A stretch of 64,000 nucleotides of DNA from a virus. The translations under genes were made by a program, and so were the position numbers. Shown in pieces: positions 27,579 to 36,321 of this stretch. The first letter of the stretch is position 1, and the number at the start of each line of letters is the position of its first letter. The DNA lies in IMG/VR virus record IMGVR_UViG_3300031485_000046; one strand, given 5' to 3'. The notes beneath the pieces were generated by a model, which saw only the letters and a list, made by a program, of their open reading frames with translations, had not been told where the DNA came from and did no database searches.

Positions 27579-28813
27579 AGACAATATCAGAGGAATATAT
27601 TCGCCTTAATTCTGAGGTACACAACCAGCGGAGAGGGTACGGTAATTCAGCCAATCGGTTTGCTAAGGACATTGGGCTTGTTTTGCATCAGTTCCACACA
27701 ATGTCTTTTCTGGATTATGGATGCGGAAAAGAATCTTTGATCCGTTGTATTACGAAGGACTATCCGTATCTTGCCCAGAGAGCAAAGTATGGAGCATACG
27801 ATCCAGCTATACCGCACCGGTCCGTTAAGCCGGAAGAGCAGTATGATATGGTTATTTCTACAGATGTTCTTGAACACATTGAACCTGAATATCTGTCAGC
27901 CGTGCTGGAAGAGATCAAAGGATATGCTAAAAAAGGCGTCTATCTGAATATCTGTATGCGACCGTCAGGAGATATTCTACCTGATGGTCGAAATGCCCAT
28001 CTGATCGTTAAAGATGCCCCGTGGTGGCGTGAAACACTATCCAAAGCGTTTGAAGGATGGGCACTGGAAGAACGGGATGTACTTGACTCTTGGCGCAATT
28101 ATACAGTAGTATTGACACCACCTAAGATTCAAAAGCCATTAAATATCGTCTGTTTCTACTGGAAAGGTACGAGTAATCGGTACCCAGGATGGGACGATGT
28201 GGATTTGGCAAAGATTTATGTCAACAATCTGTATAATGGCGTCCGTCGAAATTTGAACAAGGATTACAAGTTCATCTTGTTTTCCAATGATATTGAAGAT
28301 GGGCTGGATCCACATGTAGAGATACGAAAGTTCCAGCCTATCTCGTGGACAGGGTGCAATCCTAAGTTGTATGTGCATAGCCCAGATGCAGGATTAGAGG
28401 GAAGGGTGCTTACGTTTGATATGGATACTATCATCGTAGGAGACCTTACTAATTTTGCAGAATACGATGGGGCTTTCACTACACGGATGGAACCTGACCG
28501 AAGAAGAGTAACAGCAGGAGACCTGCTAGGATTTGAAGCAGGTGAAACGTACCAGTTATGGGAGAATTATAAGAATATCTCCAAGTATGCTGAAAAGTAT
28601 CAAGGAGATGAAAGGGAGATCTACAAACTTCTTTGGAAACATTTGCTGTACTGGCAAGAAGAAATACCCGGGCAGTTGGTTTCTTATAAAGGTGATGTTC
28701 GTCCTAATCAGAACAGACTGCCTAGAAATGCAAGAATTGTAAGTGCGCACGGTAAGCCTCGTCCGCATGAGATCAATGCGGAATGGATTAAATCGTGTTG
28801 GTGGGGAAAATGA
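27575..28813 (+). CDS. Fusion protein: N-terminal class I SAM-dependent methyltransferase, C-terminal domain of unknown (possibly transferase) function
   Basis: FLDYGCGKESL (motif I-like) and MVISTDVLEHIEP (motif II-like); C-terminal FDMDTIIVGD. Confidence 0.6.
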   Translation: MKTISEEYIRLNSEVHNQRRGYGNSANRFAKDIGLVLHQFHTMSFLDYGCGKESLIRCITKDYPYLAQRAKYGAYDPAIPHRSVKPEEQYDMVISTDVLEHIEPEYLSAVLEEIKGYAKKGVYLNICMRPSGDILPDGRNAHLIVKDAPWWRETLSKAFEGWALEERDVLDSWRNYTVVLTPPKIQKPLNIVCFYWKGTSNRYPGWDDVDLAKIYVNNLYNGVRRNLNKDYKFILFSNDIEDGLDPHVEIRKFQPISWTGCNPKLYVHSPDAGLEGRVLTFDMDTIIVGDLTNFAEYDGAFTTRMEPDRRRVTAGDLLGFEAGETYQLWENYKNISKYAEKYQGDEREIYKLLWKHLLYWQEEIPGQLVSYKGDVRPNQNRLPRNARIVSAHGKPRPHEINAEWIKSCWWGK

Positions 28814-29526
28814 AACCGTATGTAGAATCTCCCATTATCATAACAGGTTGTCCACGAAGCGGAACTAGCATCATTTCTGGGATGTTAGAAATATGTGGTG
28901 CATTTGCAGGAACTATTCCACAGCCTACGAAACACGAAACAAGAGGCATGGGAGAGAATCGGGTTATATATGAGGATGTTGTTAAACCGTATATTCAGAG
29001 TTTGCAAGCGGATCCATCTGGACAATGGCCATTGATGGATTCTGAAAAACTGATGATTCCTATCGACTGGGAATCAATGATTTCAGACGCCTTGCACAAG
29101 GATGGCTATATGGGAGGCAAATGGCTATATAAGAGTAATACTGCGGCTCTTATGTGGAAAGTGTGGTCCTACGCCTATCCTAGCGCCAAATGGGTCCTAG
29201 TACGCAGGCGTACAGGTGACATAGTTTCTTCATGTTTGCAGACCTCGTATATGAAAGCATTCAAAAATCCTGCATATCGTAAGGAAATTGGAGCGGAAAC
29301 AGAATCAGAAGCATGGATCCATTGGGTACATAAGTATGAAGAAGCCTTTGTAGGGATGTTGACTGCGGGAGTTAATTGTAAGGTTGTCTGGCCGGAAAGA
29401 TTCGTAAGAAACGATTATCAACAGTTGTATGAAGTAATTGAATGGGTAGGGCTTGAATGGAAATCTTCTGTAGCAGATTATCTAGACCCAAAGCTATGGA
29501 AGAATGAACGGAAGGAGGAGTGCTGA
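28810..29526 (+). CDS. Sulfotransferase
   Basis: IIITGCPRSGTSIISGML (5'-PSB PAPS-binding motif) and VLVRRRTGDIVSS (3'-PB-like); ATG 28810 overlaps upstream stop (ATGA). Confidence 0.7.
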   Translation: MKPYVESPIIITGCPRSGTSIISGMLEICGAFAGTIPQPTKHETRGMGENRVIYEDVVKPYIQSLQADPSGQWPLMDSEKLMIPIDWESMISDALHKDGYMGGKWLYKSNTAALMWKVWSYAYPSAKWVLVRRRTGDIVSSCLQTSYMKAFKNPAYRKEIGAETESEAWIHWVHKYEEAFVGMLTAGVNCKVVWPERFVRNDYQQLYEVIEWVGLEWKSSVADYLDPKLWKNERKEEC

Positions 29527-29894
29527 TGGCTAGAGTAACTCCAGCGGAAGTAAAATTGATCCTTCCTGATTCTGAACTGACAGATCCTACGATCACTGCG
29601 TTTATCACCAGTGCGAATAATCTGGTAAATGCAGTGCTTACGGATTACTTGACGGAGCCGTTGCTTACCGAAGTAGAAAAATGGCTGACCGCGCACATGA
29701 TTGCTTCTACAGTTGAGAGAATGGCAACTAGGGAAGGTGCCGGCGGTGCAGAAATTTACTACACGGGTAAGTACGGACAGAATCTAACATCCACACCATA
29801 CGGCCAGATGGTGCTGTCGTTAGATCCATCAGGAAGAATGGCGGCTCTCGGTGGCAAGACTGTCACCATGATTGCCATTAAGAATTTTGATTGA
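29527..29894 (+). CDS. Putative head-tail connector/adaptor protein
   Basis: Position and size; ATG 29527 with AGGAGG RBS. Confidence 0.55.
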
Positions 29895-30277
29895 TGGTTA
29901 GCGGGCTTATCAAGTTCATAAAAAAAGTGTGTGTTCAGCCTGCCGTTTATTGGGGTGCTCCGAAGCCCGATGGATTTGGCGGAATGACATACGGCACTCC
30001 CGTAGAAATAAAATGTAGGTGGACAGATAAAGTGCAGGTAATAAAGTGGCAAAGTGCATACGTACCGACAAGTAATGAATTTATTTCTTATGCGGAAATA
30101 CTGTTGTATTATGATGTGGAGCTTCAAGGTGTGTTATGGCTTGGTTCTCTTACATCCTTGTCTACCACACAAAAAGCCGCTCCACTTACAATACCTGGCG
30201 CACGGGAAATAAAGACATTGGAACGGGTTCCTTTGTTCAGATCGTCTACGGAATTCGTAAAGAAGGTGTATCTGTAA
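29891..30277 (+). CDS. Hypothetical head-tail joining protein
   Basis: Operon position; 4-nt overlaps. Confidence 0.55.
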   Translation: MMVSGLIKFIKKVCVQPAVYWGAPKPDGFGGMTYGTPVEIKCRWTDKVQVIKWQSAYVPTSNEFISYAEILLYYDVELQGVLWLGSLTSLSTTQKAAPLTIPGAREIKTLERVPLFRSSTEFVKKVYL

Positions 30278-30771
30278 TGGCATACGCGGTATGGAATGGT
30301 TTGCCAAAAGTGATTCAAAATCTAAATGCACAGATAATGAAAATTCAGGGACGAACACTACTTGGATTGATACGTGGTGCATCAATTATCAAAGATACGA
30401 TGGATTCTATGCCTCCTGTTATACCTGTTGATACAGGAAATATGCGCCATAGTTGGTTTGTTGTCACGAACAATGGTGGTGTTCGAGCTGGAAAGAATCC
30501 TAGTTTTCTGCCGGGTCCGCATAATGATCGAGATGTTGCAAAGCTAAAGAGTGACCACGCTAAGGCGATTTCAGTATCCGCTTCTATGATTAAAGGCAAA
30601 GAACCGGCGGTAGCATTAGGTTTTTCTGCCTATTATACGATGTGGGTACATGAAAACGTAGGCGCACATTTTACAAAACCGGGTTCTGGTGCTAAGTTTT
30701 TTGAAGCAGGAATAAAAAATAGTACCAAACGAGTATTGATGGTGATACAATCGGAGGCGAAAATACGATGA
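30277..30771 (+). CDS. HK97 gp10-like neck/tail completion protein
   Basis: VDTGNMRHSW motif; ATG 30277 overlaps upstream stop (TAATG). Confidence 0.6.
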   Translation: MAYAVWNGLPKVIQNLNAQIMKIQGRTLLGLIRGASIIKDTMDSMPPVIPVDTGNMRHSWFVVTNNGGVRAGKNPSFLPGPHNDRDVAKLKSDHAKAISVSASMIKGKEPAVALGFSAYYTMWVHENVGAHFTKPGSGAKFFEAGIKNSTKRVLMVIQSEAKIR

Positions 30772-31205
30772 ATGCTCCTTCTATTGATATAAAGGATATT
30801 TTAGCGTATATTCCTCCTTCCGAATCATCTAGTGGATACGATCCTGTTAATGAGTTTGGATTAACATTCGGATCAAATTTATTTGTAGGACGAGAGCCTG
30901 CACAACCAGACGAAACAGTTACAATTTTCGACGTTGTAGGATGGGAGCCTCAGCTTACCTTTAACAAAGAAGAGATATATGAGTACCCGGCTGTTCAAGT
31001 AAGAGTTCGTTCCAGATCGTATGTCACTGGTTGGAATCTTCTTGAACAGATTGTACGGAGGTTGCACGGAATTGCTCAGGAAACATGGAATGGGACATTG
31101 TATAGTGTAGTGCGGTGTTCCAGAGCACCGATGCTCTTGGATTGGGATGAAAATGCAAGAGTGCGGTTAATTGCTAGTTTTGAAATTCAAAGGAGGAGTG
31201 CTTAA
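30768..31205 (+). CDS. Putative tail terminator/neck protein
   Basis: Position between neck genes and major tail protein. Confidence 0.55.
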   Translation: MNAPSIDIKDILAYIPPSESSSGYDPVNEFGLTFGSNLFVGREPAQPDETVTIFDVVGWEPQLTFNKEEIYEYPAVQVRVRSRSYVTGWNLLEQIVRRLHGIAQETWNGTLYSVVRCSRAPMLLDWDENARVRLIASFEIQRRSA

Positions 31206-31206
31206 T

Positions 31207-31641
31207 ATGGCAATTGCTGGTGTTGGAACAGTATTCAACCGTTGGGACCCTACAGCGGGATCGTCGGGCGGATGGAAAAGAATTGCGGAGATTAACAATA
31301 TCACTGGCCCGGGTATGTCGAGGGATACGATTGATACATCCACCCTTGATACTGAGGGCGGATATCGGACATTCATCACAGGATTCAGAAATGCAGGCAC
31401 CATGACCCTTGCGATGAATTTTACTCAGGCAACCTATCTTCAGATGAAGGCAGATTTTGAGAGTAATGATCCTGTTTCTTATCAGGTCATTCTTCCGGAT
31501 GATGAAGAAACTGTGATCGAATTCGATGGACTTGTTACTGAAATTCCGTTGACGATTCCTACGGATGACAAGATTACTGCGGATGTTACGATTCAGATCA
31601 GCGGCCCTGTTGATGTATTCAAGGGCAGTAGTGGAATGTAA
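31207..31641 (+). CDS. Major tail protein
   Basis: Position upstream of chaperone pair and tape measure; ATG 31207 with AAAGGAGG RBS. Confidence 0.7.
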   Translation: MAIAGVGTVFNRWDPTAGSSGGWKRIAEINNITGPGMSRDTIDTSTLDTEGGYRTFITGFRNAGTMTLAMNFTQATYLQMKADFESNDPVSYQVILPDDEETVIEFDGLVTEIPLTIPTDDKITADVTIQISGPVDVFKGSSGM

Positions 31642-31660
31642 TTAAGAGAGGAGCCTAATC

Positions 31661-32083
31661 ATGGCATTTTTGAACAGGGAAGAACTTCTGAAAAAAGCAC
31701 CGTTTAGGGTGGAACGAGTAGATTTTCCTAATGGGGATTTTGTGTTCGTTCGCCAAATGTCTTCTAAGATGAAAGATCAGCTAGAAAATTCGGTTCTTAG
31801 GCGTAGTATTGACAAGAACGGACAGGTACAGTTTGAACAGGATCTTTCAGGATTCAATGCAAAAGTAGCGGCACTTTCTCTTTGTGATGAAGAAGGTAAT
31901 CTGCTTCTTTCTTTGAAGGATGCAGACCTGCTTGCAGAGAACAAACCCGCAGAAATGATTGATACCATTTCTCTTAAAGCAGGTGAACTGAACGGCATTT
32001 CTGTCAATGCGAAAGAGGAAGCAGTAAAAAACTCCGAGAGCGGCACACCCGAAGATTCCTCTTCAGGTTGTGTCGAGAATTAG
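31661..32083 (+). CDS. Tail assembly chaperone (gpG-like)
   Basis: Acidic small protein directly upstream of tape measure, with overlapping -1 frame ORF. Confidence 0.7.
   Translation: MAFLNREELLKKAPFRVERVDFPNGDFVFVRQMSSKMKDQLENSVLRRSIDKNGQVQFEQDLSGFNAKVAALSLCDEEGNLLLSLKDADLLAENKPAEMIDTISLKAGELNGISVNAKEEAVKNSESGTPEDSSSGCVEN
32026..32032 (+). other. Candidate -1 programmed ribosomal frameshift slippery site A_AAA_AAC
   Basis: Heptamer in zero frame of chaperone ORF (codons GTA AAA AAC); -1 frame open from 31987 to 32433. Confidence 0.55.
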
Positions 32084-32433
32084 GATACACACACCCTAAC
32101 GATCTGCTGGAATGCCTCTCACTTGAGGAACTCCAAGAATGGGAGGCATTCGATTCCTTAGAGCCTGTGGGAAGATTAGAAGAACGAATGGAATATATGT
32201 TTGGGATGGTTTGCGCAGTTATCACAAACAATATTGCCGCCATATTCGGTAAGAAGGGTTCTAATCAGACTACAGTAACTCCAGCAGATTTCATGCCTAA
32301 ATGGGGTGTGTTCCCTGAAGAAGTAAAAAAGGAAAAACAGATACAATCTGTTGAGGAAATGAAACAAATACTGCTTTCTATGGCTAAAGTACAGAATACC
32401 AAACATCCTAGAGAAAGGAGGCGAAGAAAATAA
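32032..32433 (+). CDS. Frameshift extension of tail assembly chaperone (gpGT-like C-terminal part)
   Basis: -1 frame ORF ending at tape measure start; no independent RBS. Confidence 0.55.
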   Translation, partial: LRERHTRRFLFRLCRELGYTHPNDLLECLSLEELQEWEAFDSLEPVGRLEERMEYMFGMVCAVITNNIAAIFGKKGSNQTTVTPADFMPKWGVFPEEVKKEKQIQSVEEMKQILLSMAKVQNTKHPRERRRRK

Positions 32434-35067
32434 ATGGCGATAGGTGGTACTGCTAGTCTTGGAACACTTGTTACCACACTTGGTGTTAATTCAAAACCAC
32501 TGTTGACTGCGGAAAAGCAGGTAGCCACATTTGCTAATAGAACGAATACGTTGATGGCGTCTGTCCGTAGGACAATGATGACCGTATTCGCTACTGTTGG
32601 TGTGGGCCGTCTTGCTAAAGGATTTCTTGATGCCGCCGTATCTGTGGAAAATTACAAAGTATCTTTGAACGCCGTTATCAAGGACGCACAAAAAACGGAA
32701 GCTGTATTCCAAGACCTTTTCAAATGGGCGTCCATCAATCCTATTGATACGGATGATGCTATTAAATCATTTGTTCGTCTGAAAACAGCTGGTGTGGAAA
32801 ATACAAAAGCCGCTGTTGTCGCCGCGGCAGATGCGGCAACAGTTATGCAGAAACCTGTTGAATACGTAGCAAATGCGATGGTTTCTACGAATAATAAGAT
32901 GCTTCGGCAGATAGGTGTACAGCTTGACCGTACAGGTAAAACAGCTATTATCCGAAGTGGTAAAGTACGAATTGAAGTTGAAAAAGATATAGACAAGATC
33001 CGTCAAGGCATTATCGAGGTTCTTCAAAAGAATTTCGGTGGTGCGATGGATGCTTTCAAAAATACCTGGAGAGGTTCTCTGAATACCATGAAAGGTCTTT
33101 GGTGGACTTTCATGGCGGAAGTTATGGGAACAAACAATTCAGGAGGTCCTTATGAAACATTGGTCAAAGGGATAAACAGGGTTCGGGATGCTTGGATAGA
33201 ATGGAGAGAAACTACGGATTATACAGAATTTGTAGCAAATACCCAAGCAGTATTTTCAGCCATGATTGATGGGATGATAAAGGGTATTGAGATGTTAGTA
33301 AAAGGGTTTAAGTGGTTGCTTGATAATCTAGAGATGGTAAAAACAGCGATTATTGTACTTGCAAGTGCGAGAGTGATGGGGCTTCTTATCCGTTCCTTTG
33401 CTCTCCTTCGTACTGAATTAATTGCAGGAAGTGCAGCCACTTCGTTATTTATGAAGGCGATATATGCGCTCAGGCTTGCATTTCTTGAACTACGCACGGC
33501 AAATACAATTTTAGGAGGGCTAAAAGGGGCACTTGCCGCTTTGGGGCTAGGGCCGGGTGGTTTGTTAATCGGAGCAATCGGTGGTTTGGTACTCCTTGCG
33601 GAAAATTTGAAACCTCCGTTCCAAGTTGCGTATGATGAGATTCGCAGATTCAAGCAGGAATTACGCACCATCCCTGTAGACAAGATTAAGGAGATTGTTG
33701 ATCTTAGTTATTCCATGGGTGGGTTTGGGATGGGGGGAAATTATAAAGCCTCCATAGCGCAAGCAGTACAAAATGAAACAGGTAGAACATTGGCTGAAAT
33801 AAAAACACAAGCTGGTAAAATGAAAGCTATGTGGAATTACATGAAGCAAAAAGGGTATGGGGATAAGATATATGTAGAGCCAGAAACAACAGATCAACCT
33901 AGTATGGGCGGCGGTGAATCTAAGTATAAAAAACTCATCCAGCAAATGAAGGATGAGGCAAAATATCTTGGTGCAAACGTACAAGCCTTTCTTCCTATAC
34001 TGGATCAATGGGCATCTAAGATGAAACCTCTTTCTGAGGATTGGAAGCTGATTAAAGATTATGCTGTGGAAATAAGAACAGGAATGGCTAAAGAAGCTGG
34101 GAAAGAAGCCGCTGATACAATGAAACGGCTGGAAGAGCAAATAAAATTGCAAAAGGAAGCGAGAGAAGCGGCGGAACAAGGAGTAGAAAAGTTCTGGAGC
34201 ACCGCGGCTAATGGATTTTCGCAAGGACTTATTAAAGGTCAAGAGTATTTCCAGATGCTCACAAATGAATTTGAAAAATTGAAAGAAGCGGTAAATGCAG
34301 AAGCCGGTGGGTTTTTGAATATGGAAGATATATTCAATTGGACTGAACCGATGTGGACTATATTTTCTGAATTGCAGAGTGTGGGAGGACATCTTGCTAA
34401 TCTTGACCTTACTAGGCTCAACGAGCAGTTGGAAAAAGGGGTTCTTTCTCAAAAAGAGTGGAATGCGGCCGTACAGGAATTACTCGACAAATACTCCGCG
34501 CTTCCTTCTGTCGTGGAACAAGTAAACAACGCTCAGCAAAACACAAAGAAGACCTCCGACGAGTTCGGAATAAGCGCAAAACTCTGGGCGAACGACCTCT
34601 CACAAGGACTTGCACAAGCCATTGTCAACGCCGAAGACCTGGGTGACGCGCTGCGGAATATTGCCAAGTCCATAGCAGGGAGTTTTTTACAAAAGCTCAT
34701 CGGTGGATGGATCGGCGGTTTATTCGCCGACGGCGCGGCCTTTCAAGGCGGGAGCGTCATCCCGTTCGCAAAAGGTGGTATCGTGGGCCGCCCGACAATC
34801 TTCCCTATGGCTCGCGGCATGGGCTTGATGGGGGAAGCTGGCCCGGAGGCGGTCATGCCGTTGACACGGACAGCAGGGGGCGAGCTTGGCGTTAAGGCAG
34901 AGGGTAACGGCAGCGGCGAGATGAATATCACCATGAATATCAACGCCGTTGATAGCCGCTCCTTCGTGGAGATGATGCGGTCGAACAGGGCGAGCGTTGA
35001 AAGCATCGTTGTGGAAAATATTATGAAAAACGGGGCTGTTAGGAGTGCTATGAGGGGGATGGCGTAA
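32434..35067 (+). CDS. Tail tape measure protein
   Basis: 877 codons, hydrophobic segments, position after chaperone pair. Confidence 0.9.
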   Translation: MAIGGTASLGTLVTTLGVNSKPLLTAEKQVATFANRTNTLMASVRRTMMTVFATVGVGRLAKGFLDAAVSVENYKVSLNAVIKDAQKTEAVFQDLFKWASINPIDTDDAIKSFVRLKTAGVENTKAAVVAAADAATVMQKPVEYVANAMVSTNNKMLRQIGVQLDRTGKTAIIRSGKVRIEVEKDIDKIRQGIIEVLQKNFGGAMDAFKNTWRGSLNTMKGLWWTFMAEVMGTNNSGGPYETLVKGINRVRDAWIEWRETTDYTEFVANTQAVFSAMIDGMIKGIEMLVKGFKWLLDNLEMVKTAIIVLASARVMGLLIRSFALLRTELIAGSAATSLFMKAIYALRLAFLELRTANTILGGLKGALAALGLGPGGLLIGAIGGLVLLAENLKPPFQVAYDEIRRFKQELRTIPVDKIKEIVDLSYSMGGFGMGGNYKASIAQAVQNETGRTLAEIKTQAGKMKAMWNYMKQKGYGDKIYVEPETTDQPSMGGGESKYKKLIQQMKDEAKYLGANVQAFLPILDQWASKMKPLSEDWKLIKDYAVEIRTGMAKEAGKEAADTMKRLEEQIKLQKEAREAAEQGVEKFWSTAANGFSQGLIKGQEYFQMLTNEFEKLKEAVNAEAGGFLNMEDIFNWTEPMWTIFSELQSVGGHLANLDLTRLNEQLEKGVLSQKEWNAAVQELLDKYSALPSVVEQVNNAQQNTKKTSDEFGISAKLWANDLSQGLAQAIVNAEDLGDALRNIAKSIAGSFLQKLIGGWIGGLFADGAAFQGGSVIPFAKGGIVGRPTIFPMARGMGLMGEAGPEAVMPLTRTAGGELGVKAEGNGSGEMNITMNINAVDSRSFVEMMRSNRASVESIVVENIMKNGAVRSAMRGMA

Positions 35068-35399
35068 TGGCAGAGACATTTTCCTATTCGCCTCTCTATG
35101 CGTATCAAAGAGGATTAAATCATAATGTCCTGATAACGGAGTTTGAATCAGGAAAAGAGCAACGTAAGTATTTAGGAGTTCGTGCTAGGACGTGGACACT
35201 CGGATTCCGAGCCGACGTTGCTACCATCCAGGGAATCGAGGATTTCTACAATGCCCGTGGTGGTAATTACGAGGCGTTCAACTGGACACCTCCGGGAGGA
35301 AGCGCCATTTCCGTCCGGTTTGAGGAAGGGAGCCTGTCGGTCAGTTATTACGGCTCTCAGTACGGCGAATGTGAAGTCACATTGAGGGAGATATTATGA
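35067..35399 (+). CDS. Minor tail protein M-like (lambda gpM family)
   Basis: GGNYEAFNWTPP resembles lambda gpM GGWKSFLWTPP (recalled); TAATG coupling to tape measure. Confidence 0.75.
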   Translation: MAETFSYSPLYAYQRGLNHNVLITEFESGKEQRKYLGVRARTWTLGFRADVATIQGIEDFYNARGGNYEAFNWTPPGGSAISVRFEEGSLSVSYYGSQYGECEVTLREIL

Positions 35400-35938
35400 G
35401 CAGGGCAGGAGCGGCATATATAGCAGAATCGGCGAATGACGAACTGAAGCCTATCCTGCTGGTGCGTGCGCTGGATATTCCACAGGTGCTCAATCCTTCG
35501 GTCAAGGTCAGTCTGTATTTGACCAATGCGCAAACGGACATATCCTTTTTTGACGAGAATGATAACACCCAATTGTACACTGCATGCGCCCTGTCCTATG
35601 ACCAGGTGCAGGCGTCCACGGATAATGAGATCGGCACGGTAAACGTGCGGCTGGACAACGTATCAGGGACGTTTACCAGCCTTGCGAAGGACTACCTTTT
35701 ACGCGGCGTGAGAATGCATCTGCTGGAGGCGTTCCAGGATACGTTATTGTCTCCTGCCGGGGCGCGGTGGATATTCCAGGGACATCTCGAAAAAGCGATT
35801 ATAGGGATGTCAGCCATCGAGGTGATGGTCAAGGCGGATTTTTCTCTTTCGACGCGGGTTCCTCGCAGGCTCTACTGGGTGAAGGACTTCCCGCATCTCC
35901 CGTCTGCGAAAGACCCGCGGACGCTGGCGCTGAAATGA
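35396..35938 (+). CDS. Minor tail protein L-like
   Basis: Position in M-L-K-J order. Confidence 0.6.
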   Translation: MSRAGAAYIAESANDELKPILLVRALDIPQVLNPSVKVSLYLTNAQTDISFFDENDNTQLYTACALSYDQVQASTDNEIGTVNVRLDNVSGTFTSLAKDYLLRGVRMHLLEAFQDTLLSPAGARWIFQGHLEKAIIGMSAIEVMVKADFSLSTRVPRRLYWVKDFPHLPSAKDPRTLALK

Positions 35939-36321
35939 TCGGTATTCCGTGGAAGACGAAAGGGCGGGACCGGGACGGGATTGACTGCGTCGGTCTAGCC
36001 CTTCTCGCGCAAAAGGAGCTGTACGGGCGGGAGTATGACTTCCCATTTGACTACGACCCGGAGACGGGGGATGAGCGCGTTTTGCTCGACTGGCTGGAAG
36101 ACATAGCTGATGAAGTGGACATACCGCAGAATGGAGACCTGGTGATTTATCGGATGCCGGGAATTGACGGGATTGTAAAACATCACATCGGTACGGTCGT
36201 TGGCGAGGCATTGTTGCACATTTATCCGGGGAAGAGTTCTCGGAAGGTGAAAATCAGGATGAAACGGATCTACAAAATCTACCGGGCGAAGGAGGTGGAG
36301 ACATGCCGGGAGCGGCAATAG
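35935..36321 (+). CDS. Tail assembly protein K-like (NlpC/P60 peptidase fold)
   Basis: GIDCVGLALL (Cys) and HHIG (His) motifs; start at internal ATG 35935. Confidence 0.7.
   Translation: MIGIPWKTKGRDRDGIDCVGLALLAQKELYGREYDFPFDYDPETGDERVLLDWLEDIADEVDIPQNGDLVIYRMPGIDGIVKHHIGTVVGEALLHIYPGKSSRKVKIRMKRIYKIYRAKEVETCRERQ

Noticed and set aside
33219-34452. Minus-strand ORFs (154 and 263 aa) inside the tape measure gene
   Set aside because: Antisense to a long, well-supported gene in a tightly coupled operon; no independent signals.
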